Positions 49,801 to 63,878 of a stretch of DNA of 64,000 bases are shown here, piece by piece (the stretch's first letter is position 1; each line of letters opens with the position of its first letter). The notes under the pieces are model-generated. The model saw only the letters and a program-made list of their open reading frames with translations, was not told where the DNA came from and did not search any database. The stretch covers positions 43,471,089-43,535,088 of the forward strand of contig NC_068983.1 of assembly GCF_001194135.2 (NCBI RefSeq), given 5' to 3'. The translations under genes and the position numbers were made by a program. Origin of the DNA: Octopus bimaculoides. Its lineage: Eukaryota.

Positions 49801-51780
49801 AATACTTGCCTGTAATTTCCAATTTAAAATTCACAAAAGTGTTTTCACTCTTTTCTCTTTTCTGCATGTTTTACTGTAGGGTTTTTTTCATTCTTTTCTT
49901 TTGGCTGTTATTCTTAAGAAATCTATATTTCTAGTTTGTTGATCACTTTGTTTTTTTTTTTTGTTTTTTTTTTTTTACTTCCAAAAATGGTTGTTTGTTT
50001 TATTTATTTACTTGTTTAATTTTTCTTAAACTTCCATTGAAATATTTTCCGAGGAAATTGCGTCGGATGGAGAAGACAATCATCATTACTATTTAATGAT
50101 CATCTTCCATGCTGGCATGGGTTGGATGGCTTCATAGGATCTAATGAATCTGAAAAGTGCTGTGTGCACCAATGTCCGATTTGACATGGTCTCTGTGGCT
50201 GGATGCCTTTCCTAATGCCAGTCTCTTCACAACATGTACTGGATGCTTCTTTCATGGCACCAGCATTAGTGAGGTTGTCATGCAGCTTGCAAGATTAAAA
50301 TCCTGAGAGAGGTGGCTTTATGTTAGGGGATGAGAGATTAAAAGTATGAGAGAAGGTGCCAGAACAGAAATGGTTTCTTGCTGTAGAGGAGCTACATTTT
50401 AGAAGAGCGGGTCTGAGCACTCACAGTGGCACTACAAAAAGCTAAAAATAATGCCAATGAAGTATTAGAGTGGGCCTTCAAGATAGAAGATGCTTAAGAG
50501 TGAGAGGGAACAGGAGAACAGGAAATGTGGGTGGGTGGAAATAGTGTATGGGAGAGAGAGAGAGAGACTGTTAGAAATCAAGAATGGGTGAAGCAGTAAA
50601 TAATAGCAAATTGTAAACAGAAAAAACAACAAAATGATTTGATATTAGGGATCTCTTAATTTTTGAATTTCTTTCTTCATGTGTTTCACAAGTAAAAGAA
50701 TGTACCAAAATTCTATAAAGCTGTCTACAAAGCCAATATAAAAATTTAACCATCTCGTGCCATGTTCCTGGTATAGTGAAAGTATTTTAAACATAATCTC
50801 TACTGGATTCCCATTAAAGCAGTAATGAACAACACACGTAGGGAAAAGAAGATAAAATACTGAAAATAGACAAGCAATCACATTGCAGCTTTGGAGTCAG
50901 CTGTCTTTATGACTCATTGTTAACGGTGGCCTCCATACCTGTTGTTTACTTTTGTTTTTAATCGCAAAAAAAGAAATGATTTTGTGATGAAACAAGTATG
51001 TGACGAACCCAGCACCTCATCTTGTAAATAAGCAAGGACTAGACTCTTTTATGGTTGAGGAAATTATTGATGACATTTATTCTTCAGATGAAGAGTTTAC
51101 ATTTATACAGACAATGAGAGTGAAGCAAACAATCAAACTGGTGAAAAAGATGAGGAATGTTTCGGCTCAGCTAAACAAATACAGCAGTTGAGAGAGATAG
51201 GCCTATTATTGATATTCTGTGGAATTTTTTTGTGATTCTCTCCATTAGTTTTCCCGCAATCATTACTCTTGAGTTGCACATGCAACTATTTTTTGTTTTG
51301 CTCAGGAACCCATGTGGCAGGTAAAGTTAGACGCAGGGGTCCAAGTCCGAGAGGGTTAAGCTTTTAGCAACAGTTTGGTAAAGTCATTGCAACTTCAAAC
51401 AAAATACCTGCAGTATTTAATTATGGTCATTTATGTCCTGAGTTCAAACCTTACCAACGTTAACTTTGTCTTTTGTCTTTTTGGGGTTAATAAGATTCTG
51501 TTTGTCTATGTTTTTACTTAGTCTGAGGTGAAAGGAGGTGGAAATCTGTTAGAAAAGTGTGCATATTAGAGATGGGGGTAGATCTTGGTTTCATGATAAA
51601 TGTGCAAGTTATGTGAGCCAAGAGGTCAGGCTGATCCCATGTATATAGCAAATAAATAGAGGTGTTTCCTTCTTGCCTTCATTCCTGATGGAGTCATGGA
51701 GGTGCTACCATGAGATACAATGTCTTGGGAATTTTCACCTGACAGAGCACATTCTTTTCTGGATATAAGAACAATTTCTT

Positions 51781-51815
<35 letters not shown>

Positions 51816-53299
51816 TATAAAAAATAAACACATGCACTCACAAATTGAGAGAGAGAAAGAGAGAGACGAGTCAGCTCCAGTACTAGACTGGTACTTTATT
51901 TATTAACCTTGGCAGGATAAATGATGAAGTTGATTTTGATGAATTTGAACTCACAGTGCAGAGAGCCTGAATGAACACCACAATACCTCATGATCCTTAT
52001 CATCATCATTATTGACCTCCTAGACATAATTGTCTTGAGCCCAAGGACACAGGGGGCCAGTTGCCCAGGTCCCATGGTGTGTAAGTGATCAAGGTCCCCA
52101 CCCCCCGAATGAATGCCGATCCGTTGCAGGGTTATTCATTTACAATCAAGTAGACTTTAGCAACATGAAACTGTTTTGCTCAAAAACACAACGCATCGCC
52201 CAGTCCAGAAGTTGAAACTACGATCTTGCAATCATGAGTGCAACATTTTAACCACTCAGCCATGTACTTCCACACTCATCTGCATATATGTAAATTACAC
52301 ATACATTTATGTAAATAAATTAGTGATTCCATAAGAAATAACACCAACAAAGAACGGGACACCAGTCTGTCATAGGTTTATTTATTTACAACTGAGTGGA
52401 CTGAGGCAAAATGAAATGAAGTGTTTTGCTCAAGAACATAACATGGGTTAGGGAATTACGGTCTTGATTTTGCAATCCTGAATACAGCACACTAACCACT
52501 GAGCCACATGCTTTTATACAGAACCACAAGGCATCCTAAAAGCTGTGGCAGCTGGGATTTATGAGAAAAATCAATGTAAGAGAGAGAGAAGTGTGGAGGT
52601 ATTTGGTATTGGAAAATCTATCAAATCCATACATAACGTAGGAAAAAAGTAACCATATACTTATGAAGAGATGTATTTCATTTATTGACTGTTGGTCACA
52701 CTATTTTTTTTTAATAACTGGGCATTTTTGGATGATAGAATACTTATACAGAAATCAATATTGAAATTTTATTTTATATATTCATTTTCATTTCTAACAA
52801 AAATACTTCCTCTTCTTTTTTTCTGTATTTGTGCGTGTATATATATGGACAGGTCTGATGATGCAAACAGGGATAATAGCACTCAAAACATATATATATA
52901 TATAAAATGCAAGGGTCAAGGTGTAGGAAGAAAGTTAGCTTTAAGCAAACCGTATTGAATTTTTAAAAAAATAACTTTCAGGAACAATAGTGGTTTATTG
53001 AGACAGAAGGTTGTGGATTTTCTTCCTGTGAAAGTACAATAAATTGAAAAAAATTATTTTGATATTTTCATGGTAGGCAATCAGGGTTGTCAGGTATGTG
53101 AATAAGAATACAAGAGTTAAGGAATTGAGTCGATAAGATCCGGGTTAGATATGTTTCATAGCGAGCGAAACCTTGGAAGTGGTAAAAATCCAAGCGAGGG
53201 ATATACCACAGGCTACTCTTTGAGCCAAGGATATCTTGATTAAATGAAAGTTTACATTGTCACAAGCAGGTTCATGTTAACACATGGAAGATTCAATCA

Positions 53300-53344
<45 letters not shown>

Positions 53345-54217
53345 NNNNNNNNNNNNNNNNNNNNNNNNNNNNNNNNNNNNNNNNNNNNNNNNNNNNNNNN
53401 NNNNNNNNNNNNNNNNNNNNNNNNNNNNNNNNNNNNNNNNNNNNNNNNNNNNNNNNNNNNNNNNNNNNNNNNNNNNNNNNNNNNNNNNNNNNNNNNNNNN
53501 NNNNNNNNNNNNNNNNNNNNNNNNNNNNNNNNNNNNNNNNNNNNNNNNNNNNNNNNNNNNNNNNNNNNNNNNNNNNNNNNNNNNNNNNNNNNNNNNNNNN
53601 NNNNNNNNNNNNNNNNNNNNNNNNNNNNNNNNNNNNNNNNNNNNNNNNNNNNNNNNNNNNNNNNNNNNNNNNNNNNNNNNNNNNNNNNNNNNNNNNNNNN
53701 NNNNNNNNNNNNNNNNNNNNNNNNNNNNNNNNNNNNNNNNNNNNNNNNNNNNNNNNNNNNNNNNNNNNNNNNNNNNNNNNNNNNNNNNNNNNNNNNNNNN
53801 NNNNNNNNNNNNNNNNNNNNNNNNNNNNNNNNNNNNNNNNNNNNNNNNNNNNNNNNNNNNNNNNNNNNNNNNNNNNNNNNNNNNNNNNNNNNNNNNNNNN
53901 NNNNNNNNNNNNNNNNNNNNNNNNNNNNNNNNNNNNNNNNNNNNNNNNNNNNNNNNNNNNNNNNNNNNNNNNNNNNNNNNNNNNNNNNNNNNNNNNNNNN
54001 NNNNNNNNNNNNNNNNNNNNNNNNNNNNNNNNNNNNNNNNNNNNNNNNNNNNNNNNNNNNNNNNNNNNNNNNNNNNNNNNNNNNNNNNNNNNNNNNNNNN
54101 NNNNNNNNNNNNNNNNNNNNNNNNNNNNNNNNNNNNNNNNNNNNNNNNNNNNNNNNNNNNNNNNNNNNNATATATATATATATATATATATAATATATAT
54201 ATATATATATTTGTTTG

Positions 54218-54655
54218 TTTATTAATATTTAGCAAAAGCAACAGAGTGACTCACAGAGCTTTACACATTAACACTTATCAAACTAGATACAGATTGAGGG
54301 CTTATGAAATTATGTACCAGCGATAATAACATTTCCCTGGATAGTTCTGGAACAAATTATAAAAACAATTTGAACATCAGGTGGATAATTCATATTTCAA
54401 ATAGTATACCAATTATGCTGTTCAGTAAGTAAATACATAAATAAATATTTACTTATTGAGCAGCATTGGAAATATGAATTATCAACCTGACATTCTAATT
54501 ATTTTTATGATTTGTTCCAGAACTATCCAAGGAAATACTATTATCACTGGTATATAACATCACAAGCCCTCAATCTGTGTCTAATTTGATAAGTGTTAAT
54601 GCATAAACCTTCCAGTTCTTGAGCCACTCTGTTGCTTCTGCTAAATATTAATAAA
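54218..54655. repeat. 438-bp imperfect palindrome (foldback MITE-like)
   Basis: Arms of ~215 bp, e.g. tttattaatatttagc...gctaaatattaataaa, with a ~10-nt loop at ~54436-54445. Confidence 0.85.
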
Positions 54656-57298
54656 AACGTAAAGGAGTGGCTGTGTGGTAAGTAGCTTGCTTACCAGCCA
54701 CATGGTTCCNNNNNNNNNNAATTAATCCTTTGTCAGCTGCCTCTATTCTAACTAGACATTTCGAAGATACATAGGCGCAAGCATGGCTGTGTGTGGTAAG
54801 TAGCTTGCTTACCAACCACATGACTCCAGGTTCAGTCCCACTACATAGCACCTTGGGTAAGTGTCTTCTACTATAGCCTTGGGCCAATCAAAGCCTTGTG
54901 AGTGGATTTAGTAGACAGAAACGGAAAGAAGCCCGTCTTACATATATGTATATATGTGTGTGTGTGTCTATGTTTGTCCCCCCACCATCACTTGACAACT
55001 GATGTTGGTGTGTTTATGTCCCTGTAATTTAGTGGTTCGGTGAAAGAGACCAGCAGAATAAGTACTAGGCTTACAAAGAATAAGTCCTGGTGTCGATTTT
55101 TTTGACTAAAGGTGGTGCTCCAGCATGGCTGCAGTCAAATGACTAAAACAAATAAAAGAATATATATATANNNNNNNNNNNNNNNNNNNNNNNNNNNNNN
55201 NNNNNNNNNNNNNNNNNNNNNNNNNNNNNNNNNNNNNNNNNNNNNNNNNNNNNNNNNNNNNNNNNNNNNNNNNNNNNNNNNNNNNNNNNNNNNNNNNNNN
55301 NNNNNNNNNNNNNNNNNNNNNNNNNNNNNNNNNNNNNNNNNNNNNNNNNNNNNNNNNNNNNNNNNNNNNNNNNNNNNNNNNNNNNNNNNNNNNNNNNNNN
55401 NNNNNNNNNNNNNNNNNNNNNNNNNNNNNNNNNNNNNNNNNNNNNNNNNNNNNNNNNNNNNNNNNNNNNNNNNNNNNNNNNNNNNNNNNNNNNNNNNNNN
55501 NNNNNNNNNNNNNNNNNNNNNNNNNNNNNNNNNNNNNNNNNNNNNNNNNNNNNNNNNNNNNNNNNNNNNNNNNNNNNNNNNNNNNNNNNNNNNNNNNNNN
55601 NNNNNNNNNNNNNNNNNNNNNNNNNNNNNNNNNNNNNNNNNNNNNNNNNNNNNNNNNNNNNNNNNNNNNNNNNNNNNNNNNNNNNNNNNNNNNNNNNNNN
55701 NNNNNNNNNNNNNNNNNNNNNNNNNNNNNNNNNNNNNNNNNNNNNNNNNNNNNNNNNNNNNNNNNNNNNNNNNNNNNNNNNNNNNNNNNNNNNNNNNNNN
55801 NNNNNNNNNNNNNNNNNNNNNNNNNNNNNNNNNNNNNNNNNNNNNNNNNNNNNNNNNNNNNNNNNNNNNNNNNNNTCTTCTATTATAGCCTCAGGCCGAC
55901 CAAAGCCTTGTGAGTGGATTTGGTAGACAGAAACTGAAAGAAGACCGTCGTATATATGTATATATATGTGTGTTTGTGTGTCTGTGTTTGTCTCCCCAAC
56001 ATCGCTTGACAACCGATGCTGGTGTGTTTACGTCCCCGTGACAAAAGAGACCGATAGAATAAGTACTAGGTTTACAAAGAATAAATCCTGGGGTCGATTT
56101 ACTCGACTAAAGGTGGTGCTCCAGCATGGCCGCAGTCAAATGACTGAAACAAGTAAAAAAAAAAAAGAGTATGTATACTCATGTTTTGAGTTCTATTTTT
56201 CCTGTTTGCATAAACTAAAACCTGTTCTTTGCTCTTATTTTGATGAGCTCCGTCAACAAACTTGAATGCCAGCACGGGAAATTATTTTGTACTGTATTCA
56301 ATGGAGAATGTGTGTGTTTGTACACAACTGTGGGCTATGTTGAGGCACAGACATGACTTTGCAGTTAAGAAGTTTACTCCCCGACTGCTTAGTTTCAAGT
56401 TCCGTCACACTGCATGACACCTTGAGCAAGTGTCTTCTACAATAGTCCAGGATTCTACCAAAACTTTTTAAGTGAATTTAATAGATGGAAACTGTGTGGA
56501 AGCCCATCATATAGGTGGAAGGATGGTTGTTAGTTTATTGTTGATATTGCTTGATAGTTGTAAATGACAGTCATACAAACAGTGTCATTCATTTACAATA
56601 TCCTGTGATAACATGTGTGGCCAAGGGGAAATATTACCTTGCTGAGAAACAGGTGAGGGTTAGCAACAGGAAAGGCATTTGGCCACATAAAAATCTGTCT
56701 CAATAAAAACTCTGTCTGGCTTTAAAATGATGATGATATGGCGATGATGTGTGTGTAAAAAGCACAGGTGCTGGTGCCACATAAAAGGCACCCAGTACAC
56801 CCTGTTAAGTGATTGGCATTCCCCTCTAATTTTGTCTGATAACAGGCATTTAGTGCGAGCCTGCAAGACAGTGCCCAATCATGTGGCTGGGGATTTGGTA
56901 AGTTTAAAGAAATATTGGTGGCACGCAATAAGCACCATTCATGCATGGGTTGTTGCCAGTGCCACCTGACTGGCTCCCCATGCCGGTGGCATGTAAGAAG
57001 CACCATCAGAACATGGTAAATAAAAATAAAAGAAAGAGGAAATAGCAGGAACTTATCTTCAGAGGGATCACATTCTTTTACTTGTTTCAGTCATTTGACT
57101 GCAGCCATGCTGGAGCACTGCCTTTAGTCAAACAAATCGATCCCAGGACTTATTCTTTGTAAGCCTAGTACTTATTCTATCGGTCTCTTTTGCTGAACCA
57201 CTAAGTTAGGGCGACGTAAACACACCAACATTGGTTGTCAAGCAATGGTGGTGGGGACAAACACAGACACAAATACATACACACACACATTATATGTA

Positions 57299-57345
<47 letters not shown>

Positions 57346-58239
57346 ATGGGCTTTTTTCAGTTTCTGTCTACCAAATTCACTCACAAGGCTTTGGTTCTTT
57401 GGTTGGCCCAAAGCTATAATAAAACACACTTGCCCAAGGTGCCATGCGAGAAAACTGAACCCAGAACCATGTGGTTGGGAAGCAAGCTTCTTACCACACA
57501 GCCGCTCCTGTGTCTATAGATGTTTCTGAATTTCTTTCTGATGAGGAAGAGTGTTTTGATGGCAAAAGTGATGAAGATCTTCAAGACTCCATTCAAAATA
57601 TTTACAGCAACATGGACAGATAATACAATAGCCATATATATTTCTGATATTGAAAATACATAATTGTAAATCATTCTTATTTTTACACTTACTGACCAAA
57701 TCTTTAAATTTCAAGTCTGTGCTTGAATTAAGAAAGTTGCAAACAAATAATGCCCTCTTGACCTTGGTTTAATTCGTAATATTGTGAATAAATAGGTTCT
57801 AACTTTTGACAGAGTAATTTCAGTGCCAAAATCTAAGTGATATATTTTTGCTTTTCCTAATTCATACTTGTGTGTCTAATGATGATGATGATAAAAATAA
57901 TAATGATAATAATAGTAATAATAATAATAATAATACTGTGGTGTTTAGTGAGTCCCTAATTTGTCCTATCCTTGACAGGCAGCTAAACATGATGTAATTG
58001 TTGGGACATACCAACATTGAACCAATGGTGAGTGAGACACGGAATATATTTTGTATTCTGCTTCATTTGTCTTCAGAAAACAAACAAATCTAAATACAGA
58101 CTCAAAGACTGCTTGCAGCATTATTCACGTCTCATTTCTTTCTTGAGTTTTATTCTTTGTTTTATACAGCTGTGTTATTTTCAATGTTTTCTTCGAAAAA
58201 AGATTTCATTTTCTTTTTCACTGGTTCTACATGTTTATG

Positions 58240-58630
58240 TTATATATATGGTATGTGTGTGTATATATATGTGTATGTATATATGTATGTATGTGCATAT
58301 GTATATATAGATATATGTATATGTATATATGTATATGTATGTATGTATATATGTATATATATATGTGGGTGTGTATCTATGTATATATATATATATTTGT
58401 ATGTATATGTATATATAAATGTGCGTATATGTATATATATGTGTGTATATGTATATATATCTGTATATATGTATATATATATATGCATATGTATATATGT
58501 ATATATATGCATATGTATATATGTATATGAATGTATATTTGTATATGTATATATATGTTTATATATATGTATGTATATGTATGTGTGTGTATACATATAT
58601 ATATATGGATGTATATAAATGTATGTGCTT
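58240..58630. repeat. Long degenerate (TA)/(TG) microsatellite
   Basis: About 390 bp of TATG/TATA variants. Similar tracts border most N gaps. Confidence 0.95.
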
Positions 58631-61600
58631 AACGTAGTTATTTCTTCTATCTATTGTATGTGTCTGGATATGTAATATGCATCCATATTTAGGTATATAT
58701 AACCTTGAAGATTTGTTGGTCGTGCCTTTAGAACTGGTTTTTCAATCTTTTTCATATCAAGGCCAGATTCAGAATGTGGATTTCAGATGGAGATGGTGAG
58801 GGGTGCGGTTTAGGGGGACCAAAAAAAAAATAAAACACAAGTCAAAAAAAAAAAAATTCATATTTACAGAGGGGCTCTGTCGAGGATCGCAGGCAACCCT
58901 GGGAGCTGCTGTTGAGAACTGCTTTAGAAGGATCAGTTTTTTTAAACGCTTTCTAAATGCAGTTAAACAGTTCACTTTTTGTCCCTCATGTTTTCTCACT
59001 CAGATGTGACAGTCAGTTCCCTCTACATTTACAGTGTACAAAGCACACCTATTCCTCTCCTAGGATTGGTGAAGGAGCAGAGGAAAAGGATATTGAGATG
59101 TCCCTTATTCCTCTCTCACCAAAAGTTTGAAAACCTCCCTTGAGCTGATGCTATGAAAAATAAGATCCAGTACACATTGTGAAGTGAATGACAAACAAGT
59201 TTAGAATGCATACGGTTGTGAAGACACTTTCGTTCTGTCTTGCTGAGGGCTTGACAATTTCATGATCCTTCAGATCTTCTCTGACCGGTGAGAAGAAGGG
59301 AGCTATTCTCAGAATGCAGACCTGACTTGAATGCTTGCAATAAAGTGGACCCTACTAAAGACCAGATAGTGGTGTTAAACTAAGAGACATATTAAGTCCA
59401 CTTCTCAATGATCAGAAGTTATATCTGTGGGCCTTACTATATTCATCTTTAGGGTCTTGGAAGAACCTATAAAGATCAGAGGAGAGTCTGTAAATGTCTT
59501 GGGCTCTATCCCTGTACCTTTGACTATTTTAGAAACAGTGTTAGATCTTCAGTACCTAATTTCCCATTAAATTCAATCCTCATGAACCAAAACTTCTCAG
59601 CTGATGAACCAATGACTAAACCTCTATGTAGTCACTAAACTTACTAGAAATAGCTGCCAAATCTCTCTCAACTCACATCCTGTTGTTTTTTAATAAGGCA
59701 AAGTCATCTTAATGTAATCCTATATACTTTTTTAAGAGATATGATGGTCATAATTGAGATCCTTTTGATCATGGGGCCATGCCCTGAATAATAGATTTCC
59801 TCCTTTGCCTCACAAGACATCTGTTTATTTTACTTTTGAACTGAGTGTACTCAGTAATTACCAACACAGACCACCACTACTGACATTACTTTTTCAGAAG
59901 AGGTAGGTCAGCATCCATGACCGTTTTTAAGGTCTCTGGAAGTGATGAACGAACAAAAGGTAGTTATACTTGGACTAGAGACATGACACGAATGCTTACA
60001 GCTGGGGACCCTGCTAAAGGTAGCCTTCAAAACCATGTGGAGGTATTAAACCAGGTGATGGATTAAGTCTTCCACCTAAATGAATAGAAATGATTCCTGC
60101 CACAGATGGATCCTTTTGTTTAGAATTACATATTAGTATGACCCAATCTCTCTGAACCTTTCAATTATTTACTCATCATCATCATCATCATCATCATCAT
60201 TTAACATCCATTTTCCATACTAGTATGTGTTGGATAGTTTGACAGAAGCTGGTCAACCAGAGGGCTGCACCAGGCTCCAATTGTCTGCTTTGGCATGGTT
60301 TCTGTGGTTGGATGTCTTTCCTAACACCAGCCACTCATCATTCTCAATTCCAACATAAAAGATTTAATAAAGAGTCATGAAACACCCCTTCACTTCCATC
60401 ATCTTTTCTTTTCTCACTAATTGTCACCTAAGTTTTAGGGAACTTAGATTTACTAGAAATCGTCTCTCCTACATTACACCAACAAAGGTTTTTGATCATG
60501 AAGAGAACTTCCAAGCTGAGTACTTGGATCAGAACCTTCCCATCAGAATGCTCCTCCCCTCCACCCTTTGAGGCCCAGAGAATATATAAGTCTTAATGAC
60601 TTGTTGACTGTTTTGGTACTTACATATCTAAGGTGATGCTGCTATGTTACGCATTAATATATTAGACCATGTATCCCACCAAAATGGCATCCATCTAAAT
60701 ATTGAAAAGATTTTCACAAAGACAACTTCTGGTTCGTGGGAATACTGGATCTTTTCTTTGGTTCATCTGTTGTAACTTCCATATCAACTTCTTTGTAACT
60801 TGTAACTTCCATATCAACTTCTTTGTAAGCACACTTGAGGCACATCTCTCTCCTCTCTTCATAATCTATATTGCATGAAATGCTTTACCCAATACCTCTT
60901 CATTAGAATTTACATCCCTTTGAAACACATTACTTGCCTACATTTTCCCTTAAAGATCTTAATCTGAAAAAATCATTCAACATTCATGTTCCATGCTTGC
61001 ATAGGTTGCATGGTTTGACTGGATCCGATGTGTTCAAGGACTGCATTGTCCTCCAGTGTCTACTTTGGTAGGTTTCTGCAGCTGAATGCCCTTCCTCACA
61101 CCAATCACTTCACAGAATGTATAGAGAGTTTTTTCTTTCATAGTACTGGCACAAATGAGGTCACCATGCAGCCTGCAAAACTAAGATCCCTTCTTGACTG
61201 AGTGGGGCTGCAGTATAGAGGGATCCAGCTTCTCTGAAGATGTTACCAATCGAGGCAGGTCTATAAGGTCTCTATTCATTGACTTAGCAATTAAATAAAA
61301 CCTGGTACAAAGTTAAATGGTAGTTCCATTTAACCCCTTCATACCCACAACTGGGGCATTAAACTACACACTCATTGTAATCCTCATCATTCTATGTCTA
61401 CCATCCAATACAATGGATGACAGTCTCATGCTCCGGTGTTCCAATACAATGGATGACAGTCTCATGCTCCGGTGTTTCAGTTTTGGCATGATTTGTATGG
61501 CTGGAATCTCTTCCTAATACAATCCATCTGCCAAAGCATACTAATTATTTTTTTCATGGCACCAGCACTAGTGAGGTATATTTGTACCTGGCAAGACCAA

Positions 61601-62035
61601 AGAACTGCCATACTGAAGGAAGAAATGAAAGAGAGGATGTTTTTATGTGAGGTGATGAAAATATCTCTTATCAATATGGAATCCTTTTTATTTCATTCTC
61701 ATCTGAATTTATCCATTGTCTTCATATCTAATTCCATCTCTATGATATACTATTTAATTTATTCTTCCTGCATGCTTGCATGTATATATTATTACATTCA
61801 TATAATTTTTGTGCATGTCTACAGCTAAAGACTATACATATAACATAACATTATGCATATGCTTGCATGTATATGTGTCTAACCTCTTGTGTATGATTGC
61901 ATGTGTATTATATAATTTGTCTATACTTATTTACATATATAGCATGGAAGGCAGACGTTAAACGATGATGCTGATATATATATATGTGTGTGTGTGTATA
62001 AAATACTTCTCGCACATGCCTGTATGTGTATATGG

Positions 62036-62079
<44 letters not shown>

Positions 62080-63154
62080 ATATGTATGTGTGTGTATGTA
62101 TATATATATACACACACAAATGTAACGTCTTCCTTTCTTTTTCTCTTTTTCTTTCCATTCTTGGCTTGTTACTAACATTGAAAATTAGTAATGCAGATAT
62201 ACAAAAAGTAAGTCTCGTCATTTCTCTATGTCTACCAAATGAAATTGAATCAATAGAAGTTGTTCTTCTGGGTGATCACTACAGGGTGGCTTTCTTAAAA
62301 GGTTCTTTTCAAATTTCTTTTTCTTTCAAAACAAAGAAAACAGTGGGCAAATGGTAATTTTAATATTTGGTAAATTATTGCTTATTCGCATTTTATTTTC
62401 AACAAACCAAAACTTTTCAGGAATTACACAAGGAAATATCATCAACACAGCATCAGCCATTTTAGTAGTATTTTTTCTGGCTCATAACATTCTGAGTTAA
62501 ATTCCACCACGGTTGTCTTTTTGGGGTCGTTAAAATAGAGGACCAATCAGCTATCCCCCTACTTCTAAAATTGTTGGCCTTGTACCAAAACTTGGGACCC
62601 TTATTATTATACTCTTTTATCCATTTCTGTCATTTAACTTCGGCCATGCTGGAGCACCGCCTTTAGTTGAACAATTCAACCCCAAGACTTATTCTTTGTA
62701 AGCCTAGTACTTNNNNNNNNNNNNNNNNNNNNNNNNNNNNNNNNNNNNNNNNNNNNNNNNNNNNNNNNNNNNNNNNNNNNNNNNNNNNNNNNNNNNNNNN
62801 NNNNNNNNNNNNNNNNNNNNNNNNNNNNNNNNNNNNNNNNNNNNNNNNNNNNNNNNNNNNNNNNNNNNNNNNNNNNNNNNNNNNNNNNNNNNNNNNNNNN
62901 NNNNNNNNNNNNNNNNNNNNNNNNNNNNNNNNNNNNNNNNNNNNNNNNNNNNNNNNNNNNNNNNNNNNNNNNNNNNNNNNNNNNNNNNNNNNNNNNNNNN
63001 NNNNNNNNNNNNNNNNNNNNNNNNNNNNNNNNNNNNNNNNNNNNNNNNNNNNNNNNNNNNNNNNNNNNNNNNNNNNNNNNNNNNNNNNNNNNNNNNNNNN
63101 NNNNNNNNNNNNNNNNNNNNNNNNNNNNNNNNNNNNNNNNNNNNNNNATATATA

Positions 63155-63878
63155 TATAAACATAATTAAGGGATCAGCAACAGTTGCTTCACCATATACC
63201 GAACTTTAGAAATAGCAGTTAAAGTGCTAATCCTACTACTACAATAAGTCTCCAACAGATAGCAATACTTGTAACTCACAAAGGCAAAACAAGAAGAAAA
63301 AAATAACAAAACTAACCAGTCTTAGTCAATCATAGACACGTTTCTGGATCAGAATAGTAAAAAAATTCATTTCCGTTATGATATTCTAGATTATAAATTT
63401 GAAAATGCTGGCAAAAACCATGTATGCTCGATCAGGCGACGTCGCACATCACATATCACTCCTTGATAGTAAACCGTAGATTTTCTGTGGTGTTGCTTGT
63501 GACGCACATGGTGATTCTTGAGGATGGATATGGATTGACTCATCTATATAAATTCGGAAATGCTGCTTATCTTATGTGATGCGTGACGTCGCCTGGTCGA
63601 GCATACATGGTTTTTGCCAGCATTTTCAAATTTATAATCTAGAATATCATACTGATGACGGAAATGAATTTTTTTACTATTCTGATCCAGAAACGTGTCT
63701 ATGATTGACTAAGAAAGATTAGTTTCGTTATTTTTTCTTCTTGTTTTGCCTTTGTGAGTTACAAGCATTGCTATCTGTTGGAGACTTATTGTAGTAGTAG
63801 GATTAGCACTTTAACTGCTATTTCTAAATTTCAGTATATGGTGAAGCAACTGTTGCTGATCCCTTAATTATGTTTATA
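63155..63878. repeat. ~720-bp foldback with ~300-bp arms and ~117-bp spacer
   Basis: 63155-63455 is the near-exact reverse complement of 63573-63878. Confidence 0.9.

Noticed and set aside
50719-50790. SQYKNLTISCHVPGIVKVF*, which resembles the golgin-45 C-terminus (YENITFNCC...GELIAL)
   Set aside because: In-frame TAA at 50716, no good acceptor in a compatible phase, and only one Cys. Probably chance.
57979-58027. Exon-like segment (cttgacAG...aatg|GTGAGT)
   Set aside because: Stops in all three frames (phase 0 gives AAKHDVIVGTYQH*) and no similarity to golgin-45. Cannot be supported without RNA data.
58157-58637. ORFs of 72-153 aa rich in Y/I/C/M/V
   Set aside because: Translation of a TA/TG microsatellite.
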